Below, piece after piece: positions 8,562-19,047 of a stretch of 64,000 bases of DNA. Source of the stretch: Candidatus Caldarchaeum sp. (GTDB lineage: Archaea > Thermoproteota > Nitrososphaeria_A > Caldarchaeales > Caldarchaeaceae); contig JAWBRA010000004.1 in the NCBI GenBank assembly GCA_038844785.1, forward strand, positions 12,225 to 76,224, given 5' to 3'. Position 1 is the first letter of the stretch. Every line of letters begins with the position of its first letter. The notes under the pieces are model-generated. The model ran no database searches. It saw only the letters and a list, made by a program, of their open reading frames with translations, and was not told where the DNA came from. Both the position numbers and the translations under genes were made by a program.

Positions 8562-9069
8562 TTGGGTTGCTCACCTTTGCTCCCGCAACCGCTGGAATAG
8601 TCTCCGCAAGCCTAATGGTTTCCTCCTCATCTCTCATGACATGGTAACTGGGAGCTCTTACTTTTCTACCGCCGACGTAAACTTTACCATGGGTTATCAG
8701 CTGTCTTGCGTGGAAGATTGTTTTGGCTAGTCCAAGCCTGTAGACCATAGTCTGAAGCCTTCTGTCCAGCATGTCTCTGACCGTCAGCTTGAGAACATCA
8801 TCTAGAGTGGCTCCTTGAGGAAGCAGACCTAGACGATAAAGCTTACCCATTAGCTTGGCCTCCAACTGCACACGCTTCTCGCCAACAGCTGTGAATAGAG
8901 ACCTAGCCATAGCTCTGTATTTCCTCAGCTTGCTCAGAGCTCGCCACAGCTCGCGCTTGTTTCTTAGACCGTATTCGCCGACAAGCTTCAGCTCCTCTTC
9001 AAGGTTCTCCCTCCGCCAAGGATGGCCTGGGGTTTCATACTTTTTGCGGATTCTTTTGGGGTCTCCCAT
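8554..9069 (-). CDS. rps4: 30S ribosomal protein uS4
   Basis: [34 protein letters not shown]...ARQLITHG; start placed at MGDPK. Confidence 0.97.
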   Translation of the reverse strand: MGDPKRIRKKYETPGHPWRRENLEEELKLVGEYGLRNKRELWRALSKLRKYRAMARSLFTAVGEKRVQLEAKLMGKLYRLGLLPQGATLDDVLKLTVRDMLDRRLQTMVYRLGLAKTIFHARQLITHGKVYVGGRKVRAPSYHVMRDEEETIRLAETIPAVAGAKVSNPNG

Positions 9070-9163
9070 CTTCTGAAGCATGTTGAAAAGCTATGATATA
9101 AATGTCGGCTTTCCTGCAGCGTGTCCAAACAACGTTTAAATAAACTGGGAGTTTAAACCACGC

Positions 9164-10303
9164 ATGCAAGAGCGTGACGTGATAGTCGTCGGGGGTGGTC
9201 CAGCCGGGGTCTCGGCCGCCAAGGCTGCTGCATCCCTGAATGTTGAAGTCCTGCTCTTGGAGAAGTATCCTACGATAATGGCCAACAAACCCTGCGGAGA
9301 AGCTGTGAGCAAGGAAACCCTCGTCACCGCCGGGGTTAAGCCGAGCCCACGAATAGTAATGCATGAGGCCTACGCCCTCGTGTATTCGCCCAGCATGATC
9401 GAGGTTGTAATCCCCCAGATAGGATACAACATAAACAAGTCGTTGTTCATCCAGGAAATAGCTGCTCAGGCCGCTGAATATGGTGCCGACATACATGTAA
9501 GAGAAGAGGTAAATGGAGTCAAGAGGGAGGATTCAAGGGTTGTGGTTAAGACGAACAGGGAGACATACCTTGCCAAAGTAGTGATAGGCGCAGACGGGTA
9601 CAACTCAACAGTTGCAAAAAGCCTGAACATCACGGAGAGGCCTGAGCCCATACCGACTGTCCAATACATAATGGCTAACTGCAAGCTTAAGCACCCTGAC
9701 GCTGTCAGGTTTTACCTCGGCAACAAGGTGGCTCCGGGTGGTTACGCATGGATATTCCCCCGCAGCGAGAAGCTGGCTGAAGTGGGCATCGGAGTCAGAG
9801 GTGGCGTGGCAAAAGAATACCTCGACGCATTCGTAAAGAGGTTCAGCGACGAACTAGGAGGCGCAAGAATAATCGACTACAGAGGGGCTCCAGTTCCCAT
9901 AGGGGGTGCGATATCCGAAAGCGTCTTCGACGGCGTCATGCTTGTGGGAGATGCGGCTGGACATGTAATACCTTTGACAGGAGCTGGAATCCATTCATCT
10001 GTCGCAGCAGGCCTTGCCGCTGGACGCGTTGCCGCCGAAGCTGTAAAAGAAGGCGATACATCCAAGCAAAGGCTTTCACAGTTCTATAAACTCTACGAAA
10101 ACTGGCTGACCAGGATTAGAAAAAGCCTGAAGGCGATGAGGGCTGTTGAGAAGCTGTCGGACGAGGAGTTAGACACATTGGCGAAGATCTTCCAGGCTGA
10201 CGATATACTGGACTTGGCGAACGGCTTGGACGTAGGCAGGGTGGCTAGGAAACTTCTTAGTCATCCGGTTCTGGCTATGAAGCTGGCTCGCCAGCTCTTA
10301 TGA
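9164..10303 (+). CDS. Geranylgeranyl reductase family flavoprotein (DGGGPL reductase-like)
   Basis: GGGPAG Rossmann motif, KPCGE, PGGYAWIFP, VGDAAG. Confidence 0.9.
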   Translation: MQERDVIVVGGGPAGVSAAKAAASLNVEVLLLEKYPTIMANKPCGEAVSKETLVTAGVKPSPRIVMHEAYALVYSPSMIEVVIPQIGYNINKSLFIQEIAAQAAEYGADIHVREEVNGVKREDSRVVVKTNRETYLAKVVIGADGYNSTVAKSLNITERPEPIPTVQYIMANCKLKHPDAVRFYLGNKVAPGGYAWIFPRSEKLAEVGIGVRGGVAKEYLDAFVKRFSDELGGARIIDYRGAPVPIGGAISESVFDGVMLVGDAAGHVIPLTGAGIHSSVAAGLAAGRVAAEAVKEGDTSKQRLSQFYKLYENWLTRIRKSLKAMRAVEKLSDEELDTLAKIFQADDILDLANGLDVGRVARKLLSHPVLAMKLARQLL

Positions 10304-11627
10304 AAACCAGCGCATGATGAGCAACCGACTTCCAGAAATGACTTGCATATATGTTTTCGTTGGGAGCGTGAAGCCTCGACCCAGGATGTGAAAGTGATGT
10401 CAGCATAGCTGTAGGCACTCCCATCTTAGTGAAGTGGTACAGCGGGCCGGTTCCGAACATGTTCGGAAGAATGTTTGGCCTCCTTCCGTAAACCTCCTCA
10501 GCTGCTTTGACGGCGATTTTCACGATGGGCTCGTCTAAACTGATGCGAGAGGGGTAAGCCATCGAATGAACTACGACATCAACGTCGCGCAGCATTCTTT
10601 TCAGGGCTCTTAAAATCTTCTCAGGGTCCTGGTTTGGGACGAGTCTAAAATCTATCTTCACCGAAGCTGTTGAGGGCACTATCGTTTTGGAGCCGGGTCC
10701 TGTATAACCCGATACAATGCCCGCGATGTTGCATGTGGGTTGATAGACAAGGCTCTCCACCAAATCCGTCTTCCTCACCGTCAGTTTTTCGACGCCCAGA
10801 GCTTTTGCGAGCGCTTCTGGCTGCAGCTTCACTGAAGACATCATCTTCCTCTCAGATTTTGTTGGTTTTAAAACGTCTCTGTAAAAGCCTGGGACAGTTA
10901 TGCGGCCTTTTTTATCTTTAAGCTTCAACACCGTTCTTGCCAGCTTCTCGGCTGCGTTTTCAATGATTGGAGCGTACATCGAATGTGCGTCTGCCTGTGC
11001 TGTCTTTACGCTCAGCTCTACGTAAAGCATTCCTTTCACTCCTAGGTAGAAGCTTGGTGTATCGTTTACCATGTCTCCCCCTTCCCACAAACATCCGATA
11101 GAGCCTTTGAACAATGTTGCGTGCTTGGATAAGAGCTCCGGAATGCTGGGGCTTCCAACTTCCTCCTCCCCTTCGATGAACCATTTAATTGTGACAGGCA
11201 GTTTTCCCTGCAGTTTTTCAACGACACGGACAGCCGCTAGCCTTGCAATTATTTCGGCCTTGTTATCGGCGACACCCCTTCCGTATAAAAATCCGTCTCT
11301 CTCAACGAGCTCGAAGGGTTTGGTGTTCCACTGCTCCAAAGGCTCCGGAGGCTGTACATCATAATGGTTGTAAAGCAGGATGGGTTTTTCACCGTCCCTT
11401 TTCTCCGCATATACCGCAGGCCTGCCTGTTTTAGTATCCAGCAGACGAGTCTCAAAACCATCACGTTTAAGAAGCTGTTGGACCAATTCGGCACATTCAA
11501 CTACTCCCTCGTTTCTTGCGGAGACGCTTGGCTGCGAGACGATTTTTGAAAGGTCTGAAAGAATTGTATCCTTCTCGTTCTCGATAAGCTCGTTAATCTT
11601 GGCCAGAATCTCGCTGGAGGCGCTCAC
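10275..11627 (-). CDS. M20-family metallopeptidase (dipeptidase/ArgE-DapE-like)
   Basis: YNHYDVQP, GRGVADNK, EGEEEVGS, HAPNE. Confidence 0.92.
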   Translation of the reverse strand: MSASSEILAKINELIENEKDTILSDLSKIVSQPSVSARNEGVVECAELVQQLLKRDGFETRLLDTKTGRPAVYAEKRDGEKPILLYNHYDVQPPEPLEQWNTKPFELVERDGFLYGRGVADNKAEIIARLAAVRVVEKLQGKLPVTIKWFIEGEEEVGSPSIPELLSKHATLFKGSIGCLWEGGDMVNDTPSFYLGVKGMLYVELSVKTAQADAHSMYAPIIENAAEKLARTVLKLKDKKGRITVPGFYRDVLKPTKSERKMMSSVKLQPEALAKALGVEKLTVRKTDLVESLVYQPTCNIAGIVSGYTGPGSKTIVPSTASVKIDFRLVPNQDPEKILRALKRMLRDVDVVVHSMAYPSRISLDEPIVKIAVKAAEEVYGRRPNILPNMFGTGPLYHFTKMGVPTAMLTSLSHPGSRLHAPNENIYASHFWKSVAHHALVFIRAGEPAS

Positions 11628-11676
11628 GCTGAGTTAGACTGCAACGTTATTATTTTAGAGTTATCTTTCAACATTT

Positions 11677-12267
11677 GTGGCGGACGTGGAAATTCCACAG
11701 CCCCAGAAGGTAAAGCTAAGCCCAAAAGACTCTGGGCTGATAATAGTGGACATGCAGAACGATTTCTGCCACCCAAGCGGCCGCTTATACGTGCCCGCGG
11801 CGCCTTCAACAATACCCGCTGTAAAAAGGCTTTTGGACATGGCCAGGAAGAGCGGCGTGAAGGTTTTCTATACCCAGGACTGGCATGATAAGGGTGATCC
11901 CGAGTTCGCCATATGGGGTGAACATGCTTTGGCGGGCAGCTGGGGGGCTGAGATTGTTGAAGAGCTTAAACCCGTTGCTGGGGAGATTGTTGTTAGAAAG
12001 CTAAGGTACGACGGGTTTTACGGAACACCCCTAGAACACTACCTACGGCTTTACAACGTCAAAAACCTCATAGTCACAGGGACGGTTGCAAACATCTGCG
12101 TCCTTCACACCGCCGGTAGCGCAGCCCTTCGGTGGCTGAACGTCTACATTCCCGTGGACGCCGTCTCCGCCTTGAACGAGTTTGACATGAAAGCAGCACT
12201 AAGACAAGTCACATTCCTTTACAGAGGTATTTTAACACGCTCAGACCTGGTTGAGATAGAACAATGA
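11677..12267 (+). CDS. pncA: Isochorismatase-family cysteine hydrolase, likely nicotinamidase
   Basis: VDMQNDF, K-x-RYDGF, ANICV; co-oriented and overlapping with pncB. Confidence 0.8.
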   Translation: MADVEIPQPQKVKLSPKDSGLIIVDMQNDFCHPSGRLYVPAAPSTIPAVKRLLDMARKSGVKVFYTQDWHDKGDPEFAIWGEHALAGSWGAEIVEELKPVAGEIVVRKLRYDGFYGTPLEHYLRLYNVKNLIVTGTVANICVLHTAGSAALRWLNVYIPVDAVSALNEFDMKAALRQVTFLYRGILTRSDLVEIEQ

Positions 12268-13475
12268 GTAGAAAGCCTTCTCTCTTCGTGGCTTCTCCAG
12301 ATAGAATTAAGAAAGGAGACGTAACCGATATTTACTTTCAAAGGACTAAGGCGATTTTGGAGAGAAACGCCACTTCGGATGTTTCGGTTGTCGCTGAAAC
12401 CCACGCCTATTCTCTGCCGCCGGGCTATGAATGGGCTGTTCTAGCGGGTGTTGAGGAAGTGGCTTGGCTTCTTGAAGGCTTACCCATCAACGTTTACTCG
12501 GTGGATGAAGGAACTATCTTCACTGAGATGGAGCCGGTTATCAGCATTGAAGGCCGTTACACGGACTTCGCTGTCTACGAGTCCTCTCTTCTAGGGATAC
12601 TGAGGCATGCCAGCAGCGTGGCTACAAAAGCCGCAAGGGTTAAGATTGCGGCAGGCGAAAAATCTGTTTTGTTTTTTGGATTAAGATGTGTGCATCCAGC
12701 TGTAACCCCCATGGTTGACAGGGCCGCATATATAGGGGGTTGTGATGCTGTTTCAGGCGTTGTTGGAGCCGAGATGCTGGGCGTCAGGCCAATGGGCACT
12801 ATGCCCCACGCCTTAATAATAGCTATGGGAGATCAGAGGAGGGCGTGGAAACTCTTTCACGAGGTAATGCCCCCCGAGGTCCCCCGTATAGCCTTGGTTG
12901 ACACTTTCTCCGACGAGAGGTTCGAGTCGCTGTTGGCCGCTGAAACGCTTGGAAAAGACCTGTACGGCGTCAGGCTGGATACGCCGAGCTCCAGACGAGG
13001 GAACATCCGTAAAATCATAGAAGAGACGCGCTGGTCTCTTGACATCAACGGGTTCAAGAATGTAAAGATTTTTCTGAGCGGTGGAGTGGATGAGGAGACG
13101 GTTAGGGAGCTGAGGGATGTAGTCGACGGCTTTGGTGTTGGAACATCGATTGCATTCCCAGCCTCCATAGACCTCTCCCTCGACATAGTTGAAAGGGATG
13201 GGAAACCCGTCTCCAAGAGGGGGAAACTGCCCGGAAGAAAGCAGGTTTACAGATGCAGCAGCTATCATGACATTGTTACATTGTGGGGTAAAAGATTAGA
13301 ATCATGTCCTGTATGTTCCTCCGAGGTCAGACCTTTGTTGAAGCCTTTGATAGAGAACGGTGAAATAGTCGGAGAACTGCCATCACCGAACGAGATCAGG
13401 GAATATGTTTTGAGCCAGCTGCGGCAGCTAAGTAAGCCGGGCGTTGTCTTCGGCAGGCCTAAGTTTTTCCTATAA
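12264..13475 (+). CDS. pncB: Nicotinate phosphoribosyltransferase
   Basis: TDIYF, GTMPH, VRLDTP, SGG, GFGVGT; C-terminal Cys cluster. Confidence 0.92.
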   Translation: MSRKPSLFVASPDRIKKGDVTDIYFQRTKAILERNATSDVSVVAETHAYSLPPGYEWAVLAGVEEVAWLLEGLPINVYSVDEGTIFTEMEPVISIEGRYTDFAVYESSLLGILRHASSVATKAARVKIAAGEKSVLFFGLRCVHPAVTPMVDRAAYIGGCDAVSGVVGAEMLGVRPMGTMPHALIIAMGDQRRAWKLFHEVMPPEVPRIALVDTFSDERFESLLAAETLGKDLYGVRLDTPSSRRGNIRKIIEETRWSLDINGFKNVKIFLSGGVDEETVRELRDVVDGFGVGTSIAFPASIDLSLDIVERDGKPVSKRGKLPGRKQVYRCSSYHDIVTLWGKRLESCPVCSSEVRPLLKPLIENGEIVGELPSPNEIREYVLSQLRQLSKPGVVFGRPKFFL

Positions 13476-14862
13476 TGCCTCCTTTCGTCAGCTTCAGAAG
13501 GTCTAGGGTTTTTTCCACTTCAGCAGGCATTAGGATGTTTTCCTCAACCAGAACATCTTTGATGGTCTTGTTTTCTGCAAGCATCTTCTTCGCCACCTTG
13601 GCAGCCGCATCATAGCCTATGAGTGGTGCAACAACTGTTACCAGCGCTGGACTGGATTCCGCAAGCTTTCTGGCCCGTTTGACGTTAACCTTTATGCCTG
13701 CTATGCACTTCGCCGTAAGGTTGTCGCAAGTGTTCGAAAGCGTTGCAATTGATTCAATTAAGTCGTAGGCGATGAGCGGCAGCCCCATGTTTAGCTCCAG
13801 CTCACCTAGCTTGCAGGCCTCCTCAACCGCCTTGTCATAACCTATGACCTGTGCGGCGGCAAGCATAGCTGACTCAACGATAACCGGGTTGACTTTGCCG
13901 GGCATTATTGAAGATCCTGGCTGCACTGCGGGCAGCTCTATCTCGTTGATCCCTGTGTTCGGGCCGGAGGACAGAATTCGCAGGTCGCCGCATATCTTCA
14001 GTAGCGAAACTGCGATGCTTCGTAGGGCTGCGGAGACTTCGAGGCAGCAATCCCGGCTTCCCATGGCTTCAAACCTGTTCTCAGCCAGTCGAAAATCTAT
14101 GCCGGTCATCTGTTTCAGCTTCTCAACTACAAGCTTTCCAAACTCTGGATGCGTGTTAAGCCCGGTTCCTACAGCCGTTCCCCCTATAGGAAGCTCGAGA
14201 ACACTTTCGAAGGCTTTCGTAACCCTCGCCTTACCTTTCCTCACCATGGCTGCGTATCCTGAAAACTCTTGGCCGAAGGTCAGCGGGACAGCGTCCTGGA
14301 AATGAGTCCTCCCAGGCTTGACAACTTCACTGTATTCCTCAGCTTTCTTCGCCAGCTCTCTCTCAAGCCTTTCTAGGGCGGGGACCAGTCTCTCCTTTAT
14401 CAGCATCGCGGTTGAAACGTTTATGGCTGTAGGTATGACGTCGTTGGTCGACTGGCCCATGTTCACATGATCGTTTGGATGAATTATCTTCTTGTCTCCC
14501 CTTTTCTCACCCAGTATCTCCAAAGCTCTGTTGGCTATGACCTCGTTTGCGTTCATGTTGGTTGACGTACCTGACCCGGTTTGGAAAACGTCTACCACAA
14601 ACTCCTTGTCGTGAAGACCGTCTGCTACCTCTATCGCCGCTTTCGCTATCGCCTCGCCTATTCTTCTGTCGAGGAGTCCGAGCTGCATGTTGGCTTCTGC
14701 AGCCGCATACTTGATTAAGCCCAGAGCCCTTATGAAGGGACGTTGAAACCTCAAACCTGATATCGGGAAGTTTTCGACGGCTCTGGCGGTTTGGGCGCCG
14801 TACAACGCGTCCGCAGGCACCCTCATCTGCCCAAGAGTGTCATATTCATACCGGTACGCCAT
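13459..14862 (-). CDS. fumC: Class II fumarate hydratase
   Basis: [30 protein letters not shown] signature. Confidence 0.93.
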   Translation of the reverse strand: MAYRYEYDTLGQMRVPADALYGAQTARAVENFPISGLRFQRPFIRALGLIKYAAAEANMQLGLLDRRIGEAIAKAAIEVADGLHDKEFVVDVFQTGSGTSTNMNANEVIANRALEILGEKRGDKKIIHPNDHVNMGQSTNDVIPTAINVSTAMLIKERLVPALERLERELAKKAEEYSEVVKPGRTHFQDAVPLTFGQEFSGYAAMVRKGKARVTKAFESVLELPIGGTAVGTGLNTHPEFGKLVVEKLKQMTGIDFRLAENRFEAMGSRDCCLEVSAALRSIAVSLLKICGDLRILSSGPNTGINEIELPAVQPGSSIMPGKVNPVIVESAMLAAAQVIGYDKAVEEACKLGELELNMGLPLIAYDLIESIATLSNTCDNLTAKCIAGIKVNVKRARKLAESSPALVTVVAPLIGYDAAAKVAKKMLAENKTIKDVLVEENILMPAEVEKTLDLLKLTKGGIIGKT

Positions 14863-14894
14863 GCAGGAATTTCGGTACAGGTAGATAATATATG

Positions 14895-15929
14895 TTAGAT
14901 GAGCTGCGTTTCGGACAGGATGTTGACTATCTCTGGCTTGCTGAGCTTTCTTCTGTGGAGAATTGTGTATCGGTCAGGCCTTATCTGCGGCGCTTTTTCG
15001 ACAGCTTCTATGAAAAGATCGGCGTCTACGCCCAATTTCTCGAGGTTGTGGGGTGCGCCCATAATGGCTAGGCTGTCTCTTAGCTTTTTCCAGTTACCTT
15101 TATGGAGGTATGAGGTGAAGACGGCAGCCACTCCGCATCTCTCGCCGTGTAACGGCGGCTTCTCCATCAAAGTTTCTAAAGCGTGTGCGATGAGGTGCTC
15201 GCTTCCGCTGCATGGCCTGCTGCTTCCTGCAACGCCCATCGCAACCCCGGCGCTTATCAACGCCTCCACCACAGTTCGGACGCCTTCCAACGAGCCGTCC
15301 GCTATCAGCCTTGCCGACTTTATTACAACCGACGCGCTCAAGTAGGCGAGATGAGCTGCATACCGGCCGTAATACTCGCCTGTTACCTTGTGCGCCAACC
15401 ACCAGTCCCTTACGGCGCTGTGCTTAGCCAGCAGGTCTCCGCACCCGCTTAACAAGTATCGACGGGGGGCTAGGCTTATCACATCCATGTCCGCGAAGAC
15501 CTCAGACGGCATTACGGATTTTCTCGAGTAGGCTTGGCTGTTCTGCCGGTAGGAAGTCATGGGGCTGGCTATTCCGTCATGTGATGCGACGGTCGGCACG
15601 CTGAAGAAAGGTTTCCCAGCGACCTCTGCAACGACTTTCGAAACATCAGCAACTCTTCCGCCACCCAAGCCCATGACGACGTCAGCAGACCTAGACTCCC
15701 TAGCAAAGTCTTCAAAATTCACCAAAAGCTCGTCGATAAAACTGACCTCAAAGAGCAGGTCGTCACCAGCAGCTTCCACAATCTTAGACCCATACAGCTT
15801 AAACGGTGTTTTGCTGGTTATCATTACACACTTCCGGTAACCGTGTTTCCTCAACCGTTGGACAATCGTCTGCTCAAGCCCCCTGCCTATAGCCACGTAC
15901 CGGGGTAGCTCCATGTCATGCTTATCCAT
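14895..15929 (-). CDS. egsA: sn-glycerol-1-phosphate dehydrogenase
   Basis: GLGGG, PTVASHDGIASP, SSRPCSGSEH, HGE, RPDRYTIL. Confidence 0.93.
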   Translation of the reverse strand: MDKHDMELPRYVAIGRGLEQTIVQRLRKHGYRKCVMITSKTPFKLYGSKIVEAAGDDLLFEVSFIDELLVNFEDFARESRSADVVMGLGGGRVADVSKVVAEVAGKPFFSVPTVASHDGIASPMTSYRQNSQAYSRKSVMPSEVFADMDVISLAPRRYLLSGCGDLLAKHSAVRDWWLAHKVTGEYYGRYAAHLAYLSASVVIKSARLIADGSLEGVRTVVEALISAGVAMGVAGSSRPCSGSEHLIAHALETLMEKPPLHGERCGVAAVFTSYLHKGNWKKLRDSLAIMGAPHNLEKLGVDADLFIEAVEKAPQIRPDRYTILHRRKLSKPEIVNILSETQLI

Positions 15930-15981
15930 CTAAAGTTTTAACATGCCTCTGCTTTATAAACATCCAGCGCGTCTTATAGAC

Positions 15982-16917
15982 GTGTTCCCTCCCTGCGAGA
16001 TTATGGCTAGGTATTTCCTGCCTGCGGTAAGAGGTGTTGTTGTCCACATGCTGAGGAGAAACGGCGTAGGCCAGCCGACCATAGCCAAGATGGTTGGCGT
16101 AACTCAGGCAGCGGTAAGCCAAATACTGCGGCGGGATGAAAGAAGCTACTTGAATGCGTTGGAGAAGATGGGTGTGGAGAGAAACGAAGCATTGTTGCTG
16201 GCTGGAATTCTCTGTGATGCCTTGGCTGAGAACCCGGCCCAGTCCACCGGCATACTTTACTCGTTCTGGCGTGGCCTGCTTTCCGAGGGGAGGCTATGTG
16301 CCTTCCATAGAAGTATGCATCACCAGCTATCCGACTGCGACATCTGCATGTCGCCGTCGCTCGATAGGTTTTTGGATGAGGAAAGGATGGCTGTTCTCCG
16401 AACTCTTGACAGATGTGTTAAAAGGCTTGAGGCATCTGTAACGTTTGAAAAGCTGATACCTGAGGTAGGCTCCAACATAGTATACTGCCTTCGGAAGGCT
16501 GAGACAATAAACGACGTGGCTGGCGTGGCTGGCCGCATAGTGGTGGTCGACGGTCGTGTGAGGTCTGTCGGCAGACCATCTTTCGGAGGCTCACGTCACC
16601 TAGCCAGCGTACTCCTAAGAGTTAGGGTGTACGACCCCTCTGTACGTTCTGCCATCAACATAAAAAACAACCAAGATGTGAGGAGGATTCTTGAGGAGAT
16701 GGGTGTGGAGTTGACTGAGGTTGAGCCGCGTTCCAAGCTTTTGTCAGAGGAGGAGGTTTTGCAGGATGTTGAAAGTTGTTTCAGAGAAAAAGTTGTCGAA
16801 GCCGTGCTTCACGGAGGAGGGATAGGATACGAGCCGGTGACATACCTCTTCGGAAAAAACCCAGAAGAGCTCGTCGAGAAGGTCTTGAAAATGTCGAATA
16901 GAATACTTAAGCCTTAG
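15982..16917 (+). CDS. HTH plus ThiN (thiamine-phosphate synthase-like) domain protein, ThiR-like regulator
   Basis: PPCE...TQAAVSQ HTH, C-x-x-H...C-x-x-C, LIPEVGSN, FGGSRHLA, GYEP; start at GTG 15982 inferred from TTTATAAA at 15953. Confidence 0.85.
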   Translation: MFPPCEIMARYFLPAVRGVVVHMLRRNGVGQPTIAKMVGVTQAAVSQILRRDERSYLNALEKMGVERNEALLLAGILCDALAENPAQSTGILYSFWRGLLSEGRLCAFHRSMHHQLSDCDICMSPSLDRFLDEERMAVLRTLDRCVKRLEASVTFEKLIPEVGSNIVYCLRKAETINDVAGVAGRIVVVDGRVRSVGRPSFGGSRHLASVLLRVRVYDPSVRSAINIKNNQDVRRILEEMGVELTEVEPRSKLLSEEEVLQDVESCFREKVVEAVLHGGGIGYEPVTYLFGKNPEELVEKVLKMSNRILKP

Positions 16918-17291
16918 ACGCAGACGTTGCACGAATCCACGTCTATATCTGGCTCTAGCTTTTTGTGTATCTCGCATAACATACGCATGCTACGTATGTT
17001 TTTAACAGCCTCGTTAATCTTTCTAGCAACCTCTTCCTTTGTCTGGTTTTTCAACACGGCTTCCACGACGAAGTCAACCCACTTGTTCAGCTCCTCGTTC
17101 CTCTCCCATTCGACCGACCATCCACGGACGCCTCTCAAGTAGTTGCTGACGGCTGCCTGAGTAACCCCCAGAACCTTGGCCACCTGTTCCTGCGTGAATT
17201 TTTTCTCGTAAACAAGCTTCTTCGCAGTAAGAGCCCTTATCATCGGTATCGTGACCTTCGACTCTATTTCAGCGGGCAGCAGCATTACCAA
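16914..17291 (-). CDS. HTH transcriptional regulator (COG2522-like)
   Basis: PAE...TQEQVAKVLGVTQAAVSNYLRGVRG, CEIH...CNVC. Confidence 0.88.
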   Translation of the reverse strand: MVMLLPAEIESKVTIPMIRALTAKKLVYEKKFTQEQVAKVLGVTQAAVSNYLRGVRGWSVEWERNEELNKWVDFVVEAVLKNQTKEEVARKINEAVKNIRSMRMLCEIHKKLEPDIDVDSCNVCV

Positions 17292-17333
17292 TTAACATGT
17301 ATTTCATCGATATATAAACGCTTACCAACATAA

Positions 17334-18137
17334 CTAAACTTTGATAACTTCAACGCCGAGCCTTTCGAGTGTTTTAAGCAGGTTGTTACGGTGCTCCGCT
17401 TTCAAGCCATCCCAGTCGACGAGGGCTGTTCGAGGGTTTTCCAAAGTCTTCTCCAAAGCTTGGCTGACCATTCTCTCCGGCAGCGGGAAATGATGTTTCG
17501 AGGCTATGTGGCCTACAGCCGCGTCACCTTTCAAAACCGTCCTGAAGATATCTCTTGCGTAATGGCCTCCGCCAAAGCCGACGGCGTAGGTCTTGGGCTT
17601 TTCGCTTTTTTGGCCGCATACCTTGACACATGCTTCGGCCGTGGCCTCCGCCATTCTCAAGTCACTCCAGCTCTCCGGTGATGAACCCACTTCAACGAAT
17701 ATCAAAGGTTTTTCCGAGTATGGTCCGTGATGTGTTGCCTCTAGTCCGACCTCGACGTTTGTGAGCCCTGCATTTTCGACAGCTTGAAGGCATGCGTGAA
17801 CCGCTCTGTAAACAGCTTCCGCCGAAGTCATGGAAAGCGTCCACGGCCTACCCCCGTAGTCGGCTTTTTCACTCCAGTTACCCGTGGAATGGACTAAAAT
17901 GCATCTTCGCCCTGTTTCTGAAACATGTTTTGAGGCTACGACTATCAGGTCTGCGTTGACTGAGGCAACTACTTTGTCTGCATAGAGCATGGATTCGTCC
18001 ACAACCACCGCTTCCACCTCTTCTCCACGGTAAACGTTTGGAGAAGCATCTTCGACGAACCCAAATTTCTCCCTCAACATTTTTAGAATATTGGCTGCAG
18101 CGATGTCTTCAGAGGACATCATTATGACCGCCTTCAA
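17334..18137 (-). CDS. dtdA: Archaeal D-aminoacyl-tRNA deacylase (DTD2)
   Basis: SKH, VHSTGN, EATHHGP, FVEVGS, GFGGGHYA; start likely TTG 18137, not 18305. Confidence 0.9.
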   Translation of the reverse strand: MKAVIMMSSEDIAAANILKMLREKFGFVEDASPNVYRGEEVEAVVVDESMLYADKVVASVNADLIVVASKHVSETGRRCILVHSTGNWSEKADYGGRPWTLSMTSAEAVYRAVHACLQAVENAGLTNVEVGLEATHHGPYSEKPLIFVEVGSSPESWSDLRMAEATAEACVKVCGQKSEKPKTYAVGFGGGHYARDIFRTVLKGDAAVGHIASKHHFPLPERMVSQALEKTLENPRTALVDWDGLKAEHRNNLLKTLERLGVEVIKV

Positions 18138-18193
18138 CCCGCTGGTTCCCGAGCATGCTTGGTTAAATATTAATGCCTTATCTTTGATTATGT

Positions 18194-19039
18194 TTGTGGA
18201 CGCCTCGAAGTATACCTCTTTTGGCGGGTGTTGAGGCACAGCGAATACTAGGGCTGAAGGGGAAGAAAGGTGAGGCAGAGGTCTCGCTGGACATAGGTTT
18301 GACACGTAAACCCTGTCTAGTGAGCGGGGACGGGATGTTTGTCGGCAAGCTTAAGGTCGGCTGGCGGCAGTTGGAGGAGATGGCGGAAAGCCCAGAGGAT
18401 GTCTTCATACTCAAACGGAAGCCCCAAAGGCTTAGCTGGTTCGACGGCTCCTATTATAGAATGGTCCTCCCCAAGTGGGGGCATGCACCAACCCTTGAGA
18501 TCAACGGCATCAGAATGCATCGAACGGTCGACATCTCTCCTGAGAGGGATGCGTTGCAGAAAGTTAGCCTCCTTCCAAGCCTCAAAAACTCCACAGTCTT
18601 AGACGTTTGCACTGGCCTCGGCTACACAGCCATAGCAGCCCTCAGGAGAGGTGCCTATCGTGTAGTGACCGTTGAAAAAGACCCTAACGTGCTGGAGATG
18701 GCTTCATACAACCCTTGGTCTAGGGAGCTGTTTGACAGACGTGTTAAGATTGTCTTGCGGGATGCTTTAGATTTTCTACCCCGTTGTAGAATGGTATTCG
18801 ATGCCGTGGTCCACGACCCGCCAACCATCAGAATAGCCGGCGACCTATACTCCCTAGATTTCTACCGCGAGCTTCACAGAGTTTTAAGGAATGGAGGTGT
18901 GTTGGTCCATTACGTGGGGCAGCCGGGCGTTAAAAAAGGTGTAAAAATTTACGTGGGGGTTATGGAGAGGCTCAGGATGGCCGGGTTCAAAACCCGCTAC
19001 GTTCCATGGGCTCGCTGTGTATGGGCTGTTAAGGTATAA
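18194..19039 (+). CDS. SAM-dependent methyltransferase (archaeal COG2521-like)
   Basis: PTLEINGIRMH, VLDVCTGLGYTA, VHDPP; start uncertain. Confidence 0.85.
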   Translation: MWTPRSIPLLAGVEAQRILGLKGKKGEAEVSLDIGLTRKPCLVSGDGMFVGKLKVGWRQLEEMAESPEDVFILKRKPQRLSWFDGSYYRMVLPKWGHAPTLEINGIRMHRTVDISPERDALQKVSLLPSLKNSTVLDVCTGLGYTAIAALRRGAYRVVTVEKDPNVLEMASYNPWSRELFDRRVKIVLRDALDFLPRCRMVFDAVVHDPPTIRIAGDLYSLDFYRELHRVLRNGGVLVHYVGQPGVKKGVKIYVGVMERLRMAGFKTRYVPWARCVWAVKV

Positions 19040-19047
19040 CAAATACC

